Positions 1-8,498 of a DNA stretch of 24,000 nt are shown here, one piece after another. A program made the translations under genes and the position numbers. The stretch is from positions 396,796 to 420,795 of the forward strand of contig NZ_JAKQZA010000001.1 of NCBI RefSeq assembly GCF_023008165.1. Direction: 5' to 3'. The stretch is from Kordiimonas laminariae. GTDB lineage: Bacteria; Pseudomonadota; Alphaproteobacteria; Sphingomonadales; Kordiimonadaceae. Within the stretch, counting starts at the first letter, position 1, and each line of letters starts with the position of its first letter. The notes beneath the pieces were generated by a model. The model was given only the letters and a program-made list of their open reading frames with translations. It was not told where the DNA came from and made no database searches.

Positions 1-460
1 GGAGAATTACATGTGAGCCAGCTGAATGGCCCATCAAGATATATGGCTTTTCCATCTTGTTGGTCAGCACCTTATCAAAAAAGGTTTTCAGATCTTCAAG
101 ATGAAGATCAAAGCTGCGGACAAAATGCTTTTCACGGTCTGGGTGCGGACGGTGAGACATACCTTGCCCCCGCAAATCCATTGCAGCACAGGCAAAACCC
201 AGCGCATTGAAGATATGAACATCCTCTATGAATTTTTCGATAAATTCAGTGCGGCCTGGAATAAAGATAACTGTACCTTTAATATCAAGCACATTACTGG
301 CAGGAAATCTGGCGAACCGGATTTGTTCCCCATCGGCGGACTTGAAATAGTCGAACACCGTATCTTTAGGTGGCTCTCTCCGGTTAGCCTTCGCAAAATC
401 CAACGTCTCTTGTGTTGGTAGCTTATCGTTACTCACACACGCCTCCGCCATAATTTGCAT
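1..460 (-). CDS. Alpha/beta hydrolase (lysophospholipase / serine aminopeptidase S33-like), N-terminal part; runs off the left edge
   Basis: Manual translation of the reverse complement from ATG at 460: MQIMAEACVSNDKLPTQETLDFAKANRREPPKDTVFDYFKSADGEQIRFARFPASNVLDIKGTVIFIPGRTEFIEKF...AAMDLRGQGMSHRP...PYILMGHSAGSHVIL. It has the DLRGQGxS motif and a GHSAG nucleophile elbow. A GGGGGAA ribosome-binding site lies just upstream. It is absent from the ORF track because it has no stop inside the window. Confidence 0.85.
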   Translation of the reverse strand, partial: MQIMAEACVSNDKLPTQETLDFAKANRREPPKDTVFDYFKSADGEQIRFARFPASNVLDIKGTVIFIPGRTEFIEKFIEDVHIFNALGFACAAMDLRGQGMSHRPHPDREKHFVRSFDLHLEDLKTFFDKVLTNKMEKPYILMGHSAGSHVIL

Positions 461-918
461 ATTATTCCCCTTACTAAATATGCAGTATGCCTAAATATTT
501 CAGCCACTTAGGCCTATATATACCTCAGCATGCACAGTCTTATGGTTAATTTCCAGTAAAATTTCCGTAGGAAAACCATAGTTTTAGAAAATTTCAGTCT
601 CAATAATCGCGTTAGCTCCACCATTAATCCGACGTCGAATCATCCATCCAGAGAAAACAGCCCAACCTCCCGCTGAGTGGTTTCATATATTTTCCTCGTA
701 TTTTTCCTAATCACAAAATACGGATTTATCGCTCACCAAGCTGTCATGCGCCCTGCAACAACGCCCAATAAACTCTTTAAATATCAATATCATGCGCCAT
801 TTTTTAAAAAAATAACCAAGACAAAAAGTGGGTGCAGTTTAGTTAAAATTGTCTGCAAAGATTTACAGAATTTCCATTTGCATAGTTCACTTTAGGCGTA
901 AGTGATCAGGCAAATATC

Positions 919-2388
919 ATGATGAAAAAGAACCATACGCATAAACTCTCCACTTGCTTAGGCCGCAAGTTGATGAATTTCGCAAAGAACCTATGGCAGG
1001 ATGACAGAGGCAGTCTTATGCCCGCTGTTGCCACCAGTATTCTAGTGCTCACAAGCGCAGCTGGGCTAACCGTAGACGGCGCACGCATGTTCTATGTGAA
1101 AGATGTTTTACAGAAATCGCTTGATAGCGCTGGTCTGGCCGCAGGCCATGCTCTTGATATCAATGATATGGAATCCGACGCGCAGGAATTTTTCGATGCA
1201 AATATTGCTGCCATCGGTGACGTGGTCAAATCCAGCGAAATGGTTATCAACTTCAGCAATGATAACAAGCTTATTACACTAACAGCTACAGCATCAGTAG
1301 ATACATACTTCAGCCGTATCTTCGGTGTGAATGAAGTGACCGTTTCTGCCGATACCGAGATCACCCGCGAAACCCGCGGCATGGAACTTGTTATTGTAAT
1401 GGATAATACAGGCTCTATGCGCAATAACGGCAAGATTGATGCAGCGAAGGAAGCAGCTGAACTTCTGGTGGAAGCCGTGTACGGCGAAAATGATACCAAC
1501 AACAACCTTTGGGTTGGGGTCGTACCCTATGTAGCTCATGTGAATGTTGGTGACGGGCATGAAAGCTGGCTTTCAGAAGCTGGCCTGCAGAAAATTGATA
1601 ATGGCGAATACCGAACAACTGAATGGTCGGGCTGCCTGTTTGCGCGGGACGATGGTGAAGACCTTACAGATACTCCACCCAGCATAGAACCATTTGAGCC
1701 CTGGTTCTGGCCGGATGAACCTGCTTACAATTCATACTACAGGCCCAACAACTGGATTCATAACGGTGTCGTATCAATTTACGAAGCAAATAGCCGTTCA
1801 TTGGCCAAGGGTCCTAACCGCGGCTGCGGCCAAGAAATATTACCCCTCGTTGCCAGCAAAACCAAGGTGTTGGATGCAATTGAGGAAATGGAACCCTGGA
1901 GCTTTGGCGGGACCGCTACACCCACAGGTCTCGCTTGGGGTTGGCGTGTTATCAGCCCTCGCTGGCAAGGCCTGTGGGGCGGTGACACGCCAAGTAATCT
2001 GCCGCTTGCTCATGATGCAGCTTTCATGGACAAAGTGATCGTCATCCTCACCGATGGCAAAAATGAGTTTATCTCTCGTATCAGCCAGCTCGGTGGTTCT
2101 GATTACACTGCTTACGGCACTATTCAGGATATGGGCCACAGCTCCATCTATGATGCCCGTGATGATGTGGATGATCGTTTTGATGAAATTTGCACAAACA
2201 TCAAAGATGATGACATTTTGATTTACGGGATCACTTTTGGAAGCACCCCGGATTCTTCCACACGTTCCGCCTTTGAAGCGTGTGCAACGAACCCCGGTTT
2301 TTATTTCCATGCCCCCAACAATGACGAACTTCAGGATGTGTTTGATAAAATCGGCCGTCAGCTTTCCAACCTCCGACTGTCCAAATAA
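919..2388 (+). CDS. tadG: TadG-like pilus assembly protein with von Willebrand factor A domain
   Basis: N-terminal DDRGSLMPAVATSILVLTSAAGLTVDGARMFYVKDVLQKSLDSAGLAAG is the TadG/TadE-like TM segment. It is followed by a VWA MIDAS motif (VIVMDNTGSM) and VIVILTDGKNE. Located at the head of a tad gene run. Confidence 0.85.
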   Translation: MMKKNHTHKLSTCLGRKLMNFAKNLWQDDRGSLMPAVATSILVLTSAAGLTVDGARMFYVKDVLQKSLDSAGLAAGHALDINDMESDAQEFFDANIAAIGDVVKSSEMVINFSNDNKLITLTATASVDTYFSRIFGVNEVTVSADTEITRETRGMELVIVMDNTGSMRNNGKIDAAKEAAELLVEAVYGENDTNNNLWVGVVPYVAHVNVGDGHESWLSEAGLQKIDNGEYRTTEWSGCLFARDDGEDLTDTPPSIEPFEPWFWPDEPAYNSYYRPNNWIHNGVVSIYEANSRSLAKGPNRGCGQEILPLVASKTKVLDAIEEMEPWSFGGTATPTGLAWGWRVISPRWQGLWGGDTPSNLPLAHDAAFMDKVIVILTDGKNEFISRISQLGGSDYTAYGTIQDMGHSSIYDARDDVDDRFDEICTNIKDDDILIYGITFGSTPDSSTRSAFEACATNPGFYFHAPNNDELQDVFDKIGRQLSNLRLSK

Positions 2389-2396
2389 AGGTGACT

Positions 2397-2969
2397 ATGT
2401 CGTTCTTGTCTCACATATGGTCCTTTAAAAAACGTCTTCGGCATGATGAAGAAGGCGCCATTGTTGTGGAAACTGCAATCGGCCTTCCTGTATTGTTAAC
2501 CACCATAATTGGCGTGTTGGAAATCGCCCATTACTTCTTCGTAGCGGCAGCGATTGAAAATGCCGTTCTGCAAGCATCTCGCTTTGGTATTACCGGCTCT
2601 AATGAAGAAGGCACAACCCGCGAACAACAAGTGCGCGATATCATCCGCGAGCAAACGTTTGGTCAGGTAAACATGGATACAGTGAATATCGAAACACTGG
2701 TCTATGAAAACTTTGCAGATATCGGCGAACCTGAACCTTTTATCGATGACAATGCCAGCGGCAGTTATGACGAAGGTGAAGATTACACAGATGTAAACGG
2801 CAATGGTCAGTGGGATGCCGATATGGCTATATCTGGCCTTGGTGGTGGTGGGGATATTGTTCTTTACCGCGTTAATTATGATATCAGCAGTCTTACAGGC
2901 TTCGCGGATTGGGCTTACCGAAACGTTTCCGTTTCAGCAACAGTGGCGGTACGCAATGAGCCATATTAG
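2397..2969 (+). CDS. TadE-like pseudopilin family protein
   Basis: RHDEEGAIVVETAIGLPVLLTTIIGVLEIAHYFFVAAAIENAV is the TadE signature. The start was moved from the track's GTG (2391) to ATG 2397, preceded by AAAGG. Confidence 0.85.
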   Translation: MSFLSHIWSFKKRLRHDEEGAIVVETAIGLPVLLTTIIGVLEIAHYFFVAAAIENAVLQASRFGITGSNEEGTTREQQVRDIIREQTFGQVNMDTVNIETLVYENFADIGEPEPFIDDNASGSYDEGEDYTDVNGNGQWDADMAISGLGGGGDIVLYRVNYDISSLTGFADWAYRNVSVSATVAVRNEPY

Positions 2970-3516
2970 AAAATTCCTGAAACGCTTAAAAAGCAATGAA
3001 GAAGGAAGTGTACTAACGGAAATCGCACTTTCTATTCCACTTTATCTTACCCTTTTCATTGGTATCGTCGAAGCTGGTCATTACCTGCTGTTGAACCTGA
3101 AAGCCCAACATACAGTTGTTGCGATTGCTGATCTGGTAACGCGGGATGAAGAAATTTCTGAAGCAACCATGCAGGATATTTTCTCTGCTGTTCCCCAAAT
3201 TATTGCCCCTTACAACGACCCTGCTGATGTGGTGGCAATTGTAAGCTCCGTAAGCCAAACAAGTGCTATTCCTGCAAGTGTTTTCTGGCAACGTATTGGT
3301 GGGGGCAGATTAGTTAAAACCAGCCGCTTTGGCGAAGAAGGAGATCCTGCAAGTTTACCTTCTGAATTCACGATGCGAGATAATGAAACTATTATCGCGA
3401 CAGAAATTTTCTATTCCTACGAGCCTATCATGTTTAATTTTTTGCCATCTCGCACAATCCGGAAAGTATCTTATTTCCGGCCGCGCCTTGGAGCTTTGCA
3501 GGAAATCACCAGCTAA
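2956..3516 (+). CDS. Second TadE-like pseudopilin family protein
   Basis: The frame of track ORF 2803..3516 contains MSHIRKFLKRLKSNEEGSVLTEIALSIPLYLTLFIGIVEAGHYLLLNLKAQ at the internal ATG 2956. It overlaps the end of the upstream tadE by 14 bp, which suggests translational coupling. Confidence 0.82.
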   Translation: MSHIRKFLKRLKSNEEGSVLTEIALSIPLYLTLFIGIVEAGHYLLLNLKAQHTVVAIADLVTRDEEISEATMQDIFSAVPQIIAPYNDPADVVAIVSSVSQTSAIPASVFWQRIGGGRLVKTSRFGEEGDPASLPSEFTMRDNETIIATEIFYSYEPIMFNFLPSRTIRKVSYFRPRLGALQEITS

Positions 3517-3611
3517 AGGAGCTTTCTCTGTAAATTGTCAATATTGACAATAAATAATTCATTCCCATATTCTGTCTATACCCAAATCAGACAAACACCA
3601 GGAATGACAAC

Positions 3612-4769
3612 ATGCCCAACCTCCCTCAAGCCTATGCAGCCTCGGCTTCCCATTCCCTTTCCGAGGCTGCATCTCTGCCTTTTGAGGTTTATCACGACAA
3701 GAAAATCTACGATCTGGAGATGGATCATATATTCAGGGGTGACTGGGTTTTCGTATGTGCTGAACAGCTTCTCCCCAATCCTGGTGATTATTTCGCACTC
3801 ACTGTTGCGGACGAAGCAATTGCAATAATCCACGGTACCGACGGTGAAATCCGTGCGCTTTCCAATATTTGCCGTCACCGTGGCACGCCACTTCTTGATG
3901 AAGGATACGGCACGATTGAAAAGCACATTACCTGCCCCTATCACGCCTGGGTTTATGACCAGACAGGCAAATTCAAAGGGGCACCTTTTACGCGGAACCA
4001 TAAACCCGAAAAATCAGAACACTGTTTGCCCGCCTTTCACCTTGAAAGCTGGCATGGGCTTTTGTTCATCAACTTAGCTGAAAACCCATCCCCTTTTGCT
4101 GCTCGAGTGGAAGGTATCAATGATTATCTTCACTTATTTGAACCCCATAGTTTTATCCACGGCGTTAAATCTGGTGATGAAGAATGGCAGGCGAACTGGA
4201 AGCTGGCCGTGGAAAACGCCATAGAAAGCTATCACCTTTTCAAGGTTCATGAAGAAACACTGGAAACCATAACACCCAGCAAAACTTCATATTATGTGGC
4301 GGGTAGTTCCGAGTGGACTTTAACCGGTGGTAAAATGGCAGACACAAGAAGCACCCTTGAAAAGTGGCTCACCGGTAAAGTACCTGAGGCATACAGCCAT
4401 TATCTCCTGATATTTTTGCCGCCCAATTTTATTGGTATTCTAACTTACGGCAGCTTGCAGTGGATTGCCGTTTTACCCAAGGCAGCGGAAAAGTGCCAGA
4501 TCATGTCCGGAGGAATTAGTAACGAACCTGGGAACGATGATAAAATATCAGCCGATTTCACAGCTGCTTTTCTGGAAGAAGACAAATGGATTTGTGAACG
4601 CGTACAGCAAGGCATGCATTCCAAGAGAACCACAGGCGGAAAACTGGTTGATATGGAACAAAGCCTGATCGATTTTCGGCAATATCTGGGTTCTCGGCTC
4701 TTTGGTGCTAAGCCAATAGCCTTCGCTTCAACAGCCGAAGCCGACCTATTTCTAAACCCAGAACGATAA
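3612..4769 (+). CDS. Rieske [2Fe-2S] aromatic ring-hydroxylating oxygenase, alpha (catalytic) subunit-like
   Basis: Rieske motif CRHRGTPLLDEGYGTIEKHITCPYHAW (CxH...CxxH). The mononuclear iron region is NWKLAVENAIESYHLFKVHEE (ExYHxxxxH). Confidence 0.9.
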   Translation: MPNLPQAYAASASHSLSEAASLPFEVYHDKKIYDLEMDHIFRGDWVFVCAEQLLPNPGDYFALTVADEAIAIIHGTDGEIRALSNICRHRGTPLLDEGYGTIEKHITCPYHAWVYDQTGKFKGAPFTRNHKPEKSEHCLPAFHLESWHGLLFINLAENPSPFAARVEGINDYLHLFEPHSFIHGVKSGDEEWQANWKLAVENAIESYHLFKVHEETLETITPSKTSYYVAGSSEWTLTGGKMADTRSTLEKWLTGKVPEAYSHYLLIFLPPNFIGILTYGSLQWIAVLPKAAEKCQIMSGGISNEPGNDDKISADFTAAFLEEDKWICERVQQGMHSKRTTGGKLVDMEQSLIDFRQYLGSRLFGAKPIAFASTAEADLFLNPER

Positions 4770-5011
4770 CTTACATAAAGTCCCTATATATTCCTTGGGA
4801 AACCGATTCTTTTCGAACCGAATCTTCTCCTTTATTCAGCCCCGAAAGCGGCTAAAACCGATTCCTTTTGCCGCTAAACCTGAAGTTTTGTGGCTAAGAT
4901 TCTTTAATATTTACACCAAATCATCCCGCCACCCGTTAATTTCCAACAGTCACAGCAACAAAAAAATCAGTTTTTTACTTTTTTCTTCTCCTCTCAGCAG
5001 CTCCCAATTCA

Positions 5012-5031
5012 GTGATTAAAATTTTAATCAC
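5012..5031. promoter_or_regulatory. 20-bp perfect palindrome GTGATTAAAATTTTAATCAC upstream of flp (candidate operator)
   Basis: Read directly from sequence: the 10-bp arms are exact reverse complements with no spacer. Confidence 0.4.
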
Positions 5032-5094
5032 GGCGAATTATCACGCATTTTCAACAGCTTTAAAATTTAGATAAAATTTGAAGATAATTAGATA

Positions 5095-5109
5095 TTAAAT
5101 TTCATTTAA
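5095..5109. promoter_or_regulatory. Candidate CtrA box TTAA-N7-TTAA (TTAAATTTCATTTAA) upstream of flp
   Basis: Exact match to the CtrA full-site spacing. It sits about 100 bp upstream of the flp start codon, in AT-rich sequence where chance matches are more likely. Confidence 0.35.
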
Positions 5110-5210
5110 GTTATTGTTTTTAAATATCTTTTTAGGATTGACGTTAACTTTTTATTTAAGACTCAAGCCGTATAAAAAACTCATCCGAACTTGGCAGCTG
5201 GAGAATTAAA

Positions 5211-5432
5211 ATGACTAAGTTTCTTTCTAAACTACGCCGTAATGAAGAAGGCGCTACTGCAATTGAATATGGTCTTATCGCAGCACTTGTTGCTATTGGC
5301 CTCATCACAGCACTTGGCGCGCTAGGCGGTTCACTACAGACAATCTTTGGTGAAGCTTCAACAACACTTGATGGAAATGTTGATGCAACAGATACAGGTG
5401 CTTCTGGCTCTGGTTCTGGCACAGGTAGCTAA
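5211..5432 (+). CDS. flp: Flp/Fap-type type IVb pilin
   Basis: RRNEEGATAIEYGLIAALVAIGLITALGALGG is the canonical Flp processing site (G/A-TAIEY) plus hydrophobic helix. Small protein (73 aa), with GGAGA upstream of ATG. Confidence 0.95.
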   Translation: MTKFLSKLRRNEEGATAIEYGLIAALVAIGLITALGALGGSLQTIFGEASTTLDGNVDATDTGASGSGSGTGS

Positions 5433-5468
5433 TAGATCTCGCATCTAAACATATCAATTAACCTATCA

Positions 5469-5510
5469 AAAGCCGCCGGGGGATGGCAGTTTTCCGGCGG
5501 CTTTATTTTT
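5469..5510 (+). terminator. Rho-independent terminator-like hairpin after flp
   Basis: AAAGCCGCCGG / CCGGCGGCTTT stem (5469-5479 / 5494-5504) followed by ATTTTT. Confidence 0.8.
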
Positions 5511-5556
5511 GGGAAATTTGTAAAATAGTACCCAGATAACAGGCAAAAACAGAACC

Positions 5557-6048
5557 ATGCAGATCATCTCAGGCATAGATATTTTTATCGCGGTAGCTTT
5601 TTCAGGCTTGCTTATCGCGGCAGCAGTATCTGATTTGCAGTCTAGGCGAATACCGAACGCTTTATCGGTTGCCATTTGTGGTTTGTTTAGTGTTTTTGCC
5701 TTTGCTGAAGTGATATCAGGTGCCGCATTTTTAGGGGCTATTGTTTGGCCTCTCTTAAGTGCTTTCGTTGTGTTCCTCATTGGTGCTGGCCTTTTTGCGC
5801 TCAGGCTTATGGGGGGAGGCGATGTGAAACTGATGGCAGCTACCGCACTCTTTGCGGGCCCTGCTCTAAGCCTTCATTTCGTGCTCTATGTAACTTTATT
5901 GGGCGGCTTTGTAGCCACAGGAACTTTGGTTCATGCCCAACTCAGTAAAGAAACAACACTTGATCAAGCTAAAGTACCTTACGGCGTTGCAATCGCCGCT
6001 GGTGGTCTCTGGGTTTGTTTTCAATGCTTTTCCTCTTTGGTGACATAA
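5557..6048 (+). CDS. cpaA: Prepilin peptidase, A24 family (CpaA/TadV)
   Basis: AAVSDLQSRRIPN and LMGGGDVKLMAA carry the two catalytic Asp motifs of A24 prepilin peptidases. Multi-TM and located just after flp. Confidence 0.92.
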   Translation: MQIISGIDIFIAVAFSGLLIAAAVSDLQSRRIPNALSVAICGLFSVFAFAEVISGAAFLGAIVWPLLSAFVVFLIGAGLFALRLMGGGDVKLMAATALFAGPALSLHFVLYVTLLGGFVATGTLVHAQLSKETTLDQAKVPYGVAIAAGGLWVCFQCFSSLVT

Positions 6049-6144
6049 AGCCAAAGGATTGCATGCTTTTCTGATGGCATAAGGCCCGGAAGAGTTGGGG
6101 AAATTCGGTAGAAGTACAGTTTTCTGTACCACCGGGAGGCAAAC

Positions 6145-7050
6145 ATGAGCATCAAAAAACTACTCCTCATTCTTGTTGCATTTGCAGGCATGGTACTGGT
6201 CTGGTTTATGACCCGCTCATACCTTTCAAATGCTCAGCAACAAGCACAACAAGCACAGGTTTTGACAGCGAAAACACCCGCAGCTCAAATTCTTGTAGCG
6301 AAAACAGATCTCCATGTAGGTTCAACGATTACTGCAGAAAGCCTCGTTTGGCAGGCTTGGCCCAAAAGCGGTGTGAACAAAGCCTACTACAGCAAACCAA
6401 ATGCAAAGATAAAAGATCTGGTTGGCACCATCGTACGCACACCTATGAATGAAGGTGATCCAATCACCAAATCAGCACTGGTTAAAAAAGGTGCAAGTGG
6501 TGTTCTTGCTGCGACATTAACCCCAGGGATGCGTGCTTTCACAGTACCTGTTACAGCAACATCAGGCGTGGCTGGTTTCATCGTTCCGGGCGACCGTGTT
6601 GATGTGATCCTTACTCACGAAGTGGAAGTGACCCGCCGTGAGAAATATCAAGTTGCAGAAACCATTTTCCAAAATGTACGTGTGCTCGCAACAGATCAGA
6701 AAAACCAACAGAACGACAAGGTGAAAGTAGCTAAAACTGCAACTTTGGAAGTTACCCAAAGCATGGCTGAAAAGCTGGCGATTGTCGCAAATGTTGGAAA
6801 GCTTTCACTTGCTCTCAGATCACTGGAGCGCGGTAATGATGGCCCTCTGGCAGATCCAAACACACCACCAATCATGGTGACAACAAGCCAAAGCCACGGC
6901 AACGACGTTAGTAAATACCTACCTCGTATCAACGGTAAAAAGAACTCCATCCGCGTGGCAAGAGGCAGCGTTGCAACAGTTGTTGTCCCTTCAAATGGTA
7001 CTGGTGATACGCAGCCAGACAATCTTCCATCTGATGGAGATGACAAATGA
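6145..7050 (+). CDS. cpaB: Flp pilus assembly protein CpaB/RcpC (SAF domain)
   Basis: Single N-terminal TM; ILVAKTDLHVGSTITAESLVWQAWPKSGV; MRAFTVPVTATSGVAGFIVPGDRVDVILT (RcpC/CpaB signature). Syntenic position; GGGAGG Shine-Dalgarno. Confidence 0.93.
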   Translation: MSIKKLLLILVAFAGMVLVWFMTRSYLSNAQQQAQQAQVLTAKTPAAQILVAKTDLHVGSTITAESLVWQAWPKSGVNKAYYSKPNAKIKDLVGTIVRTPMNEGDPITKSALVKKGASGVLAATLTPGMRAFTVPVTATSGVAGFIVPGDRVDVILTHEVEVTRREKYQVAETIFQNVRVLATDQKNQQNDKVKVAKTATLEVTQSMAEKLAIVANVGKLSLALRSLERGNDGPLADPNTPPIMVTTSQSHGNDVSKYLPRINGKKNSIRVARGSVATVVVPSNGTGDTQPDNLPSDGDDK

Positions 7051-8486
7051 TAAAATCCATTAAGTATATGGCACTTGCGAGCAGCATTTTATGCGCTCCG
7101 GTAGCCGCAGAACCTTCAAACCCTGCAACGCTTAACAAAGTATCAGGCGCAGAACTTGTAACACCGCACGCAGGCGGCATGAGCATTGAAATCAACAAAG
7201 GTACCCTTGTACGTCTTGATCGCCCTGCATCTGAAGTATTTATCGCGAACCCTGAAATTGCAGATGTGCAAGTTAAATCAGCACGGGTTGTTTATATCTT
7301 CGGGAAAGCACAGGGCGAAACCACCTTCTATGCGCTTGACGAACAGGATAACACCATCTTCAGTTCTGGCATTGCCGTAACACGCAATCTTTCAGCACTT
7401 AATAAAGCGTACGAACGCATGATGCCCGGCTCTCCCATTAGCGCCACGACACTTGGAGAACTTATTGTACTTCAGGGTAACGTCGGCGCACCTGATCAGG
7501 CAGCGCTTGCTGAACAGCTTGCAAAATCTGTTTTAGGGACTGATCAGGTAATGAATAATATCAATGTACTTCAACCAACTCAGGTGAACCTTCATGTTCG
7601 CATTGCTGAAGTTTCCCGCACCGTCCTTAAACAGCTAGGTGTAAGTTGGGAAGGTTTCCTATCCGGAAGCGGCGCAGGTATTGGTATCGCAACCGGTCGT
7701 AATGTTTTTGATCTGGTGCCTGATCCTGTTACAGGCATTCCTTCAAAAGTATTTATACCGGGTGCAGATACAGGCTCTCTCTTAGGCACGATTACCCCGG
7801 GAAACCTTGACCTGAACTATGCCATTGATGCACTTGACCGCGAAGGCTTCCTTACCGTTCTGGCAGAGCCAAACTTAACAGCTTTGACAGGTCAGGCAGC
7901 GAATTTCCTTGCGGGCGGTGAATTTCCAATTCCAATCCCAAGCCGTGACGGTATTGGCATTGAATATCGTGAATTTGGCGTAAAATTGGATTTCACCCCA
8001 ACTGTTCTAAACTCGGGTCGTATTTCCATGCAGGTTCGCCCTGAAGTCAGCGATCTTTCTGATGCTGGTGCAATCCGTATCAACGGTATCAGCGTGCCAT
8101 CTATCAGCACACGACGCGCAGAAACCACCATTGAACTGGGAAGTGGCCAATCCTTCGCGATTGCAGGGCTTATTGAAAACAGTGTTTCTCAGGATAAGGA
8201 TAAATACCCCGGCCTTGGTGATATCCCGATCATTGGTGCTCTCTTCCGTTCTGATCGTTTCCGCCGTGAAGAAACAGAGCTGCTTATTGTGGTGACACCG
8301 TATCTGGTGAAACCAGTGTCAAACAGACACATCAATCTGCCTACCGATAACTTTATCGCACCAAATGATGTGAACCGCATCCTGAACGGTAAAAGCTGGG
8401 AAGGCAGCACTCAAAATACTATCGCAAACCAAGATAACCGCACAGGCGCTTCTCTAAAGCAACGTGCTGGTTTCCAGTTAGATTAA
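7047..8486 (+). CDS. cpaC: Pilus assembly outer-membrane secretin CpaC/RcpA
   Basis: N-terminal BON/secretin N domain (VFIANPEIADVQVKSARVVYIFGKAQGETTFYALD). Secretin core: FLAGGEFPIPIPS..., IKLDFTPTVLNSGRISMQVRPEVSDL, GDIPIIGALFRSDRFRREETELLIVVTPYLV. 4-bp ATGA overlap with cpaB. Confidence 0.95.
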   Translation: MIKSIKYMALASSILCAPVAAEPSNPATLNKVSGAELVTPHAGGMSIEINKGTLVRLDRPASEVFIANPEIADVQVKSARVVYIFGKAQGETTFYALDEQDNTIFSSGIAVTRNLSALNKAYERMMPGSPISATTLGELIVLQGNVGAPDQAALAEQLAKSVLGTDQVMNNINVLQPTQVNLHVRIAEVSRTVLKQLGVSWEGFLSGSGAGIGIATGRNVFDLVPDPVTGIPSKVFIPGADTGSLLGTITPGNLDLNYAIDALDREGFLTVLAEPNLTALTGQAANFLAGGEFPIPIPSRDGIGIEYREFGVKLDFTPTVLNSGRISMQVRPEVSDLSDAGAIRINGISVPSISTRRAETTIELGSGQSFAIAGLIENSVSQDKDKYPGLGDIPIIGALFRSDRFRREETELLIVVTPYLVKPVSNRHINLPTDNFIAPNDVNRILNGKSWEGSTQNTIANQDNRTGASLKQRAGFQLD

Positions 8487-8498
8487 TGGAAGGACAGT

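Noticed and set aside
26-421. 131-aa + strand ORF (MAHQDIWLFHLVGQHLIKKG...)
   Set aside because: It is antisense to the convincing alpha/beta hydrolase on the - strand, which has GHSAG and an RBS. The + frame lacks domain-like sequence.
677-895. 72-aa ORF MVSYIFLVFFLITKYGF...
   Set aside because: Low-complexity translation of AT-rich intergenic DNA with no recognisable motif or good RBS.
2803-2955. N-terminal extension of track ORF 2803..3516 (MVSGMPIWLYLALVVVGILFF...)
   Set aside because: Overlaps the upstream tadE in another frame. The conserved TadE N-terminus begins at ATG 2956 (MSHIRKFLKRLKSNEEG).
5138-5176. Possible sigma70 promoter TTGACG ... TATAAA upstream of flp
   Set aside because: The spacing between TTGACG (5138-5143) and TATAAA (5171-5176) is about 27 bp, too long for a canonical promoter. 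TSS mapping is needed.
5466-5780. 104-aa - strand ORF opposite cpaA
   Set aside because: Antisense to cpaA and spans the flp terminator; basic low-information sequence.
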